A DNA stretch of 64,000 nucleotides from a virus (taxonomy: Duplodnaviria; Caudoviricetes): the IMG/VR virus record IMGVR_UViG_2839026242_000001, positions 1 through 64,000 of that record. One strand, written 5' to 3'. Position numbers and translations under genes: made by a program. Shown here in pieces: positions 54,170 to 64,000 of this stretch; the stretch's first letter is position 1, and the number at the start of each line of letters is the position of its first letter. A model generated the notes under the pieces. It did no database searches, was not told where the DNA came from, and saw only the letters and a program-made list of their open reading frames with translations.

Positions 54170-54217
54170 CGCATCCTCTCCCTAATTTTGATAAAAGCAA
54201 GTTTTCATTAAATATTT

Positions 54218-54502
54218 TTATTCTTTAATAAGTTCATATGTCTGGTGAAAGATGTCTGGCTTACAAGGGTATCGTTCACCATTGACGCCAGTAATGATAT
54301 AGTCATCTGGATCAGCAATCATATTCCCTTCAAGTGTTTCAATTGTTAAACTTTTGCCATCCTCATTTAAACGGATCAATCTCATTTTACCGTCTTTTGC
54401 GTAATATGAATGAACACCATTAAAATCTTTAAAATTAAGTTCTATGTATTCTTTGACAGTAACTGCATCAATGATAACTGGTTTCTTACGATATTTCGCC
54501 AT
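54218..54502 (-). CDS. PGDYG-like phage protein
   Basis: KYRKKPV, TLEG.M.A.P.DYII.GV.GE.YPCKPDIF..TYE. Confidence 0.8.
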   Translation of the reverse strand: MAKYRKKPVIIDAVTVKEYIELNFKDFNGVHSYYAKDGKMRLIRLNEDGKSLTIETLEGNMIADPDDYIITGVNGERYPCKPDIFHQTYELIKE

Positions 54503-54545
54503 TGATAAACCTCCTTTTTCAATAAATGTAGTTTTTGATTGGATT

Positions 54546-57500
54546 TCAACCAAAATAATAATTTTCTACATCCTCAATTAATCGCAATGCTTTAGCTAAA
54601 AAATTTAATGCTTCATCCTTACTAATTCCTTGTAATGCTCTAACACCTTCTGGAGTTGTTTTAATACCTTTCTCAAAACGCCACTTAACTGTATAAGTGC
54701 CATTATCATCATTCACAATAAAACTATGTAGTAAGTCCTCTTTATGAGGATAATATCTTTTACCAACCCATGAAGCACTTTCTCTAATCTTATTGGCGGC
54801 TCTACGTGACATGACCACAATCTCACCATGACCGCTACAATTCATACAATAACAATTCAGCCCGTTTTCTTCTACATCTTGAACTGACCACCCGCCGTTA
54901 TTTCCCCAAGAGCCATCTTCATTCGTAGCAAAACATGCAGAGCAGAATGTAATCTTTTCATCTAAAGGATTCAAAAACTTTCACCTCCTAAAATCCAAGG
55001 AAAACATCATTTCATTGCAATCTTTCATATGTATAGGTCGGCACTCGTCTTGTTAACTCAGTGTCATAATTGTCGTATCCATCGTTATATACTCTGATAA
55101 CTAATTCGCCCTCAAAAATGAAGTCATTGCCATTATCAGTTTGAATAATGTCAACAAGCCTTTTCCCTTTAAAATGTTTCAATGCAATTTGAATATCTTT
55201 ATCATTTAACATACCATTTCTCCTTTCCTCATGAAATTATCCTTTTATTTGGTCTTTGGTACATACTCTACTATCTCAAACCTTTTAAACTCTTCATCAA
55301 ATGCTTTCTTAAACTCATCTGATCTTTGTGGAGCACAATAATCCAGATGACGAACAGCATCATACGCATAATCATTACACTCAGCAGTAATGACACTCTT
55401 TGCTGCACCAATCTTCAAATACGCAATCTTTCGCCCTGTTTTCTCCCATCGTTTACCATCTTTATGTATTACATAAATGCAATTATCTTTATTCATCCCA
55501 GTCATCCTCATCATCTTCACAATATAGAATTTGTAACTCTACTCGATTACTACCGTCTTCTAACGTGTGCCAGTGCCAGTTATAGTCGAATTGATCTAAT
55601 CCCAATCCATCAATTAACAAAAATCCTTCTTCATTTAAATGTAGATCAACTACAGCTTCCGCCCCTCCACCAAGATTCAACTTCACACCTTTTGCAATTG
55701 TTTGACCTATTCGTCCATGATTATTTAACATTCATTCTCCTCCTTTAGCTTTTCTAGCTTTCCTTAATCGTTCTGCCGCAGCTTTGCGCTGTTCTTCTGT
55801 CATATTACGCCCCTTACTTTCAGAACGAAATGAAATTCGCTCAAATGGTATATCCTTGTACCAATGCGCACCATCTTCTTGAATCTTGTAAGGCTCAATC
55901 CCTGCTCTTTTTAATTTTGTAATTACACGTTGTTGCCTTGTATAGATACTCCATGTTTTTGTTTCATCATCACAATGAATTGCCGTCTCACGTTCACATG
56001 CCTCTAGTGACATATGCATCTTTCCTCCTTTTCTTAAATTTCTACATCTGCAAACTTCTCCACAATTTCAAGTAGTCGTTGAAGTTCAGGATTCCTCCAG
56101 GCATGGTTAATAAAATAATCGGGTTGCTTATAATGATAGTGATTCTCTGTGACATGTTGATCCAATGCACGTTTTGTTAGAAAACAGTTTTTATATGTAT
56201 GCTCTTCTGTATAGCCTGTGTATGTTGAAAACTCATACCCAATATTTTTAAGAAAATCATGAAGAACTAAAAATGACTTTGATAACTTTACTTCCCACCA
56301 TTCGTCAATATCTTTCTGAATTAGATCCTCTAGATAATCCTCGCACCACTCAATTGCCTCATTGAAATCAGTAAATAAAATATAATCTTCGCTCAGAAGT
56401 ATACAAGTTTTATCGGCATAGTCTGGGTCAATACCCACAACATTCTTCTTTTCACGAATCTGATAAAATACTGGTTTAGCAGTATACTCTCTGTCTTGTG
56501 TTTTTAATTCAATTGCTAAGTCTTTAAGAAACTTAATATCATCATCAGTCAGTATATTCATTTGTGCCTCCGTTGTTCTTATTTAATTCAAGTAATTCTT
56601 GATGCGAGTCTAGCCACTTACTTACATCATCTATATATTTCTTTTGTTCTTCAGTCATTTCTTGCTCTGTATCGCTAAGATTATCACTGCCCTCAATCAT
56701 CTCGTTTGCTTTAGGATGCCAATCATTGTTTTTATCCACTTGTGCATCTCCCCTTTGTATAAATTCCTTCTTTCATTCAGTTAATTTATCTATTTCTTGA
56801 ATAATGAAATGTTTAAAATCTTCAAGTGGCTTCATGTCATAATATGTCATCCAATCATGTTCTCCACTTACATCATAAATTACAAACCAATTAGGATAAT
56901 TGTAGTTTGACTTATCAAAGAGTGCTTGGTGATATCCATCATCTAGCCTTTCAATCCATTCCTTCACTTGGTTTTCGTTCTCAAAATAGTAAATTTTAAC
57001 ATCATAAGGGAGGAACACTTGACGTTCTTTAATTTTTAATTTAAATTCATGATCTTCTGCTTGACTTGGATTATAAAATTCAGAGCCATCTAATGTAACC
57101 CAAATATCCACTTCTTTTGTCCCAACCTGAACTTTTTTCTCTTCATAAATTGGTATTTGTTTGCTTTTCTTTTCCATTAAAAATTACCTCCATTTTTAAA
57201 TCAAATCGTACATTCATCGAAATTTCATGAAGCCCAAAATAAAGTCTGCCAACTCATACAAATCATCATCATTCATTTCTTGAAAGTCATCCAGACTCAT
57301 TGTTCCATAATCAAATGCTTCCTTTACTCGTGTCAGATTATATGTATAAGTACCATCTTTCCAATTGAATCCGAAGTATTCAGCGAGTTTTGAAACCAAT
57401 TCTTCGCGTTCTTTATTATCGTCTTGCCGATATTCAGGCACAATTTGCAATTGTACCGATGTATATGTTCTGCTGCTATTTGCATTAAGGTGATCCTCGC

Positions 57501-59322
57501 ACTCACGAATGAATGATTGAAGTTCTTTTTTCTGCTCTTCGGGTTTTGAATGCAAATCCATGCATCCATAGTTTTGTTTCACATATCCTTCCAGCCTGTA
57601 ACCCTCAATTACTTTATCCATGTTACCTCCAGTTATTTTTAGTTAAAAGCATTCTTTAATTGGATTTTGTGCTTACCTCAATCAAAGCTACCTCTTCGCC
57701 TTCGTAATACCATGTCTTATATGAAATCAAGTTACCAACACTAAGATCTAATTCTGGGTGGTATTCCCTTACATATTGAACAAATCCACCACACATTACT
57801 GACTCATTTCCGTGACAAGCCCAATTATGACCACTTTTCTTCTTCATTTGAATAATGTCATACGCACTAGGAAGGCAACCATAAGTTTTGAACTTCTTCT
57901 GATTCATCAGTGAATGCAAATGGGCAAGTTGCGCAACCATCAAAACCACAACTTGCTGTTTTCTCCATTTATTCAACCTCCTCTCTGTATAAAAGATTTA
58001 TTATAATGATTCAACTGTTTTGGTTGCTGCCTTACATATTGCTTTTGGCGTTACTGCCGAAAATGCATTGGCTCCTACTTCAAGTAACATCCATGTATTA
58101 AAATGTCGTTTTTGTTCATTGCTCTTATTAATTTCCTCCATTACTTGCCAAGCATGATCAATTCTTTCGGTCGGCTGCCAATCTCTGACCCATTCCATGA
58201 AATCACCTTGATCGTCATACCAAGCGTCAGCAATATATGCACCATCTTCTATGTACTTACCTTTTGACCACCCCATCACCTTTGTTGCCAGCGTTCCAAC
58301 GATTTGCTGTTCGGTCACTTCTACCATAATACATACCTTCCCTCATTGCAGTATAATAATTTTATCGCAACCCTAAAGATTCCAACATTTTACCCATATC
58401 TGAATTTGTAAGTGATGGGTAATAGTCATCTGCAATCTCAATATTTAACCGCTCCAATGCTTCAATTGCTTCATTAAAAATTCGCTTCATTTCATTGTTC
58501 TTTACATAAACTTCCCCACCACCATCAATGCAAAAACGTCTGTTCTCATCATTCAGTCGTTCTAAAATACTATTTATGAATCGTCTATCAAAGCTGTATT
58601 CTCGATATCCACCAAAGGACAAAAGGATTTTTTCAGACACTTGATTGTCTGAATATACAGGTCGATACAAAACTACTTTTTGTTTTTCCTCTTTACGATC
58701 TTTACCATATTTAATCATAATGTAGTCATTATCTAGCATAGTTTCAGTTGTATAATATGTATGTTCTTTTTCTAGGCGTTTTCTCTCATTGATAAACTCC
58801 CTTTGGTCTTCTGATAAACTATTCCACCAGTCATCGTGCAATTTCTTGAAATCAACCATAGAATCAATCCCCTTTACTTTTTCAATCAAACACGTCTTTT
58901 ATTCAAAGCACCCAGTTAATCTTATCTTTAATCAGTAGCAATACAGTCTGAAATTCAGTAGCATTATTAAAGCTGGCACAGCCAAACATACTATTCCTGA
59001 TCTGCTTCTGTACTTCACTAGGTAACACTTTAATAGCCTTTCCGTCTCGTTCTTTATCAAGGAATAAATGCGCCTCAAAATTGCTTACATAAGGAGACTG
59101 TAGCAGACCGTAATCATAAGCAACCAATACAGTCTCAAGATTCTTTCTGCAAACTCGGAAGACCTTTAATTCGCCTGAATTAACATTGTAATATACATAA
59201 GGCTTATTATTTTTATTTTCAATTTCCCTATCAAAATCGATTTCTTTAATCATGTTTACTTCAACTGGAATCATTCTGATGATTTCTTCAAGCGTATTTG
59301 CAGACGTTGCCGTTTTCGTCAT
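54546..59322 (-). other. Array of ~12 small hypothetical phage ORFs, mostly delimited by the junction motif
   Basis: Co-oriented 64-175-aa ORFs with RBSs; motifs at 54522, 54998, 55231, 56759, 57200, 57643 and 58885. Confidence 0.75.
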
Positions 59323-59659
59323 GGTAATATACTCCCTTTAAGTCGTATTTGCTAATGAATTGCTGACAATATGGACAAGGTTTACTGTTTGCGTATTTTC
59401 CTGTTTTAGTAACCGCAGCGTTATACAAAATACTACCTTTGACCATCCTCTTATGTACCGAGAATAAACAATCTACTTCTGAATGCCATCCTTTACAATC
59501 ATAAATCGGATCTGCAATTCTGCCAGCTTTGTACTTGTTATTGAATCCATAAGATATTACTCTACCATTTTTTATAAGCAATGAAACGTGACGGTACTCA
59601 GGCATATTATTTTTACTTGTGAGTCGCAAACAAAGATTAATCCATCGTCTGTGTCTCAT
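59288..59659 (-). CDS. Cytidine/deoxycytidylate deaminase-fold protein
   Basis: G.N, HSE and PCPYC Zn-binding motifs. Confidence 0.85.
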   Translation of the reverse strand: MRHRRWINLCLRLTSKNNMPEYRHVSLLIKNGRVISYGFNNKYKAGRIADPIYDCKGWHSEVDCLFSVHKRMVKGSILYNAAVTKTGKYANSKPCPYCQQFISKYDLKGVYYHDENGNVCKYA

Positions 59660-59673
59660 ACCAACACCTTAAT

Positions 59674-59703
59674 ATTATATTTTTAATTTATGTGTGTCAA
59701 TTA
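59674..59703 (-). promoter_or_regulatory. Consensus SigA promoter
   Basis: TTGACA-17-TATAAT. Confidence 0.8.
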
Positions 59704-60535
59704 TTTTTTATTTTTAAAACTTATCATGACTTACTCATTGTATACTGTCTTACATAATAACTACATCTATAATTTAATCGCTCAATTACAAAATCTACAT
59801 CCAATTTTCTATTATTTTTGATATGATTTTTGTTTTCACATATAACCTGCAAACCTTGAATAACTCCATATTTACAGTTTTCACAGCGTTTCCTTGGAGG
59901 CCAAGACACCATCTCATCTCCTTATTCAACAAACTCGCAATCACTTTTGCTTACCCATCCATAAGGCCATCCAGCTTGTTCAATGGTTGTCCTTACAATT
60001 AAGTTGTTTCTGTTTCGACTGCATTCACTATGTACTATAAATTCTTGACCGATCTTATCTGCATACCAATTTTGATGATGGTCAGAGGAAATAATTTTAA
60101 TCTTCTTCCCACATAATTCACTCATCTTCATCGCCCGTCCCATTCACAAGAATATTCTTTTAAAAACTCCAGTTTGCACGATCCAGTTACTGAGTTCTCA
60201 GTAGGTACAACGATAATTTTACTGCCATTTTTGAATTCAATTTCGATATTATTATTTTTCATTTCTAAACTCCTTTTTGCGATAAATTCACTATTTTATG
60301 GAATCCCAACTTAGGTTTTCCGAAGTTACATTGAATACATTAACCAGATCGTCCGGTTGTAAAGTCTTAATACTTCCGTCATTTTGTACAACCGTAGCAT
60401 ACTCGCTATCCGGGTTATAACCTAAACCGTATCTCTCTGCCGCAGCTTTAACAATTTGCTGAATATCTTTCCTCATACTAATCACTCCACGAAAACCGTA
60501 TTTTAGGTCGAATAGTGTACTCTGTATCAGGGTGT

Positions 60536-60762
60536 TTAGTACCCACTTTCATGTTCTAACAACCATTCCTTAAACAGAACTTGTGCTTTTGCAAAGACAT
60601 CCTCCATATCACAACTTTGAACATTGATAATGGTTTCTCCATGTTTTGGGTGAGTTGTTTTGTAGCCAATAGTAATACACCAGTCCATAATACTTGAATA
60701 ATAGATTTCTAATGTCCATGCGCCTGATTCACTTTATCAAAAAATGATAAAAATTCCTGCAT
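60536..60762 (-). pseudogene. Frameshifted paralog of 61187-61402
   Basis: MQEFLSFFDK, then after a frameshift TLEIYYSSIMDWCITI...HGETIINVQSCDMEDVFAKAQVLFKEWLLEHESGY*. Confidence 0.82.
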
Positions 60763-61186
60763 AATCACTTCCCCTTTTTCCTATGAAATTGCCATTTTAT
60801 TCAATCTCTTCTTCGTAAACATCTTCCAACTCTAACGGTTCGCCTTCTTCAATTACCTCCAATTGAACCATGAGTTCTCCCACATCATCACAAAACAAGT
60901 CATGCTCATACCAAGGAAGATGTCTAGAATATTCATAAAGCCATTCTTTATTGTGCACTTTACATGCTTCTTTAAATGCTTCATCCCAACCAAATGTACT
61001 TTCAATGTATATATAAAAATTTATGTAATCTATGTATTCTGTTGGTTTAAATATTTTGACTAGATTATTGTGAAAATCAATTAGCAGTTCTTTTGTGAGT
61101 TGATTTCTTATTCCATCAGGCATTTGATACTCATATCCATTTTCAGTTACAGGCATTATCCAACCTCCTAATAAATTTTACATTTA

Positions 61187-61402
61187 TCAGTACCCACCTT
61201 GAGTTTCTAGCAGCCATTCTTTAAACAAAACATGTGCTTTTGCAAACACATAATCCATGTCGCAATTCTGAACGTTAACGATTGTCTCTCCATGACGATT
61301 AATTGTAATGCACCAGTCCATAATACCTGAGTAATAAATTTCTAAAGTATATCTACCTGTCCTGTGTTTTATTTCATTAAAGAATCTCAGAAACTCTTCC
61401 AT
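61187..61402 (-). CDS. Hypothetical phage protein
   Basis: 71-aa ORF bracketed by motifs at 61171 and 61423; paralog nearby. Confidence 0.75.
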   Translation of the reverse strand: MEEFLRFFNEIKHRTGRYTLEIYYSGIMDWCITINRHGETIVNVQNCDMDYVFAKAHVLFKEWLLETQGGY

Positions 61403-63612
61403 ACCAACAGTCTCACCTTCCGTTAATATTCGTGATTTATTTAGTTTTCTTGCTCCCCTTGATTACAAATAACCGTTATCCATCCACCTTCAACACGTAC
61501 TTCTTGACCAGTATTACTATAATCATCACTATCTTCAGTCCATTTAATTCCTATGTAATACACCGTTTCTGAGTTACTGAGAAATTCAATGTGCGTGATA
61601 TCATTATATTCTTTGATTCTCTGGTACTCTGGTTTATCTTTAATTATTAGATATAAATGTTTTGCGGATTTACTCAATAATAGCTCTGATTTATTGTTCA
61701 ATAGTATATTGTTGTCCCATATAGATTCAGTAATTCCAGCTAGACTAATGTATCTTACATCACTATACGGTATTTTTATATGTTCTACATTTTCAAATAC
61801 TACATGAATCTCATCAATTTCTTTATTGATTGTATGCATTTATATCTACCTCTCTTTTTGAATATAATACATATTTAATCCAATTCCTTTAATTCAGGAA
61901 AAATTTCTTCGAGATTTACTTCTTCTCCATTCAAATAGATTCCCTTAATATTTTCATCAAATGTCACTTCGAACCCAAGTTGTTTTCCAATATCAATCAT
62001 ACGCTTCTTTTCTTCATCAGTTAACATTTTCTCACTCCCAATGAATGACAGATTTCATTCCCTTTCTGGAACGCCAAACTCATCAATAAGAACTTTAGCC
62101 AATCTTTTAGATGATTCCTTAATCTTTTGTTGTAAGAAATCATGGAAATAATTCATAACTTCATCACTTGGATGAACAACACCTTTGCTAATCAGAAATT
62201 GTTTAATTTCTTCCTTCAAGTCCATTTTATAAAACCTCCATTATTTTTATATAAAAAGTATCTTTTAACGTGAATATTTTTCTGGAAATTTTAATTTAAA
62301 GCTACTCAAATCAAGTTTCTCAACAATATCATCACATATAGCGTAAGCTGGCAAATTCAAATGAATTGCATCGTGCTTAATATGTGCTCCGTCTCTAAAT
62401 GGAAGGTCTATTTCTCCATCTTCACCAATAGGAGGTTTCGTTCTTCCTGTTTTCCTTTCTGTTTGCCCAATCGTTACTTTTACAATATCTCCTGTAAAAT
62501 GTTTATACACTAGCTCGTATTTCCAAAGTTGTTCAGTATAATCTCCACTGACATTGATACATTCAATTTGTAATCTTGGAAGAGATGCTTCATTTAAAAT
62601 TTCTTCTGGACTCATTTCGTTCTCACTCATCCTTTCCGATAAAAGTATCTGTTTATTATGTAAATAACCGTCTTGCAAGTTCAATTTCGTCATTTATAAA
62701 ATTTCGCTATTTGTCATACTTTTTAAAGCGTCTCGTATCGCTCTTCGCTTTTGATTCTGCGCTTTAATAATTCTCGCAGCATTCTCTACATGGTAATCAC
62801 AAAAACCTTTCCGCCAATCTTTAATCATCGCATATTCATTCATTTCAAGATTTTCTCCATTAAACTGTAACTGCACATCTGTATGGTTAATTTCACCCTC
62901 GGCAACCAGTACTCGTACATAAGAAATGATGTTTTCTGTTGATACGTTGTAAGTATAAGGCTCTTGATTTCGAAACCATAATCGCACTATTTTTTCGGCC
63001 TCAAAATCGGAGCAAGAAACACCTTGAGGACAATAGTTAATTGTAATCATCGGTTCACCACTTTCTAGAAAATATATCTACAACGTACTGGTATGTAAAC
63101 TGTGTCCGTTTGCCCCATATACCTTCCTGCTGGTAAATCCTGCACCCCAATCTCAGTTTCCATTTTAATGTCACCAATTATATACTCGATGTCAACGAGT
63201 TTCTTTAGTTCTTCCTCTGTAATTGTTTTGGTGCAATATGTTGTCTTATTAATAATGGGATTCAATGCCTCGTCAACCAGCATCATGGTGAACAATATTG
63301 TTCCATCGTGCGAACTAGAGCGAATGACCTGATAATCATAATCCTCATTAACAGCTTGATCGTACTTAATATGACCGAGAACTAGATTCTTGCCGTATCC
63401 ATTACTTTCTAAAATGCTTGAAATATACTCAATTGGGTTAATTACTGTTTGTTTACTCATGACATCACTCCTTTCCGATAAAAATCTCATTTCAATAACT
63501 TATGTATAGTGTTTCCCATCTTCTGTAATCTTCTGAATTAAGAATACAACATATATTTATATTTGTCTACTATTTATTTTTATTTTATATCCACAATTTT
63601 AGCCACCCGTTC

Positions 63613-63987
63613 TCACGAGTGGCTATCCATTCCCATCAGATATTGTTGCATTCTTACTTCCGTTTCGGCTTTCACGAAATCCCATAGCATCTGGAACTGT
63701 TGAGAATATCCTCTGCAAAGGAATAGGCAGTCGATCCCGTGTTCAGTTCGCGTTTCTTTCACTACCCTTAACCCTTTTCGGTACATTTCATTCTTCAGTT
63801 TACTCAATTGTCTCGTGATTCTGTACATAGCTTCATTAATTGCAGTGACATATGGCTGCTTTATGCTAATCTCAGATTCTTCTATGTTCTTCTTGTCACG
63901 TTCAAATATCGTCAATACAATAGGTAACAAAACATATTCTCTCAATAATTCTAATTCCCCATCTTGAAACGGTTGCATCTTTCTCAC
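63613..63987 (-). CDS. YhjD-like hypothetical protein
   Basis: LP.VLT.FERD....E....K.PY...I......L.......G..V pattern recalled from Bacillus YhjD-type proteins. Confidence 0.55.
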   Translation of the reverse strand: MRKMQPFQDGELELLREYVLLPIVLTIFERDKKNIEESEISIKQPYVTAINEAMYRITRQLSKLKNEMYRKGLRVVKETRTEHGIDCLFLCRGYSQQFQMLWDFVKAETEVRMQQYLMGMDSHS

Positions 63988-64000
63988 CTCAATTTTGCTC

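Larger units (their letters stand above)
2707..63495. repeat. Dispersed palindromic junction motif AT(A/C/G)AA-N8-TT(T/C/G)AT, more than 45 copies
   Basis: 22 strict copies start at 2707, 17849, 24939, 27440, 28748, 31169, 32089, 32589, 34908, 35315, 37439, 39008, 54191, 54522, 55231, 56759, 57200, 58885, 60282, 60783, 62041 and 62639. Near-match or N6/N7 copies are at 4161, 5049, 9372, 9548, 12442, 13059, 13467, 14232, 24777, 25168, 26155, 27950, 34681, 35512, 35797, 36054, 36368, 38178, 39974, 52059, 53441, 54998, 57643, 60489, 61171, 61423, 62251 and 63478. All lie at gene boundaries. Confidence 0.88.
1..64000 (-). mobile_element. SPbeta-like temperate phage/prophage, early (replication and nucleotide metabolism) arm
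   Basis: Serine integrase at the edge. Gene set and order resemble the SPbeta yot/yos/yor regions (RecU-like, metallophosphoesterase, thioredoxin, nrdEF, YosL-like, DnaE, primase, helicase, AAA_24, multispecific C5 MTase). Dense co-oriented small ORFs; no host housekeeping operons. Confidence 0.93.

Noticed and set aside
824-63332. Many plus-strand ORFs in the track (e.g. 824-1111, 9720-10202, 23491-23820, 49248-49679)
   Set aside because: They are antisense shadows of well-supported minus-strand genes, with no RBS or recognisable motifs.
2707-63495. Junction motif as intrinsic terminators or CRISPR repeats
   Set aside because: The stems are only 5-7 AT pairs without a GC core, and the copies are separated by whole genes rather than fixed-length spacers.
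1-64000. tRNA, rRNA or arbitrium (aimR/aimP) genes
   Set aside because: I saw no cloverleaf, rRNA-like tract, TPR regulator or pro-peptide by eye; a tRNAscan/Infernal run would be needed to exclude them.

Overview
The whole window is one arm of a large, AT-rich SPbeta-like temperate phage or prophage of a Bacillales host, and almost all of it is transcribed on the minus strand. It runs from a large serine integrase, a candidate RDF and a RecU-like resolvase at the left edge, through nucleotide-metabolism genes (tdk, DHFR, thyA, MazG-like dUTPase, thioredoxin, flavodoxin, nrdEF), four DNA methyltransferases and the yorF-yorG-yorH-helicase-primase-nuclease-dnaE replication operon, with long arrays of small hypothetical ORFs in between. 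The most striking unexplained structure is a short palindromic site, AT(A/C/G)AA-N8-TT(T/C/G)AT. I found it by eye at more than 45 gene junctions in the small-ORF arrays, between a stop codon and the next RBS. It also brackets an inverted self-contained moron, and it is essentially absent from the core operons. This points to an integron-like gene-cassette system in a phage (inference). Second, a transposase-less TnpB has its own promoter and a predicted omegaRNA guide that is the orphan 3' end of a clpP-like gene. Other notable items are a tandem-duplicated, catalytically incomplete MrpR/YopR-like protein, orphan antitoxins (HicB, YosL/MazE-like), a HEPN moron, a four-TRD C5 methyltransferase and an RSPP-motif leader peptide. 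All calls come from reading the sequence; no database searches were run.
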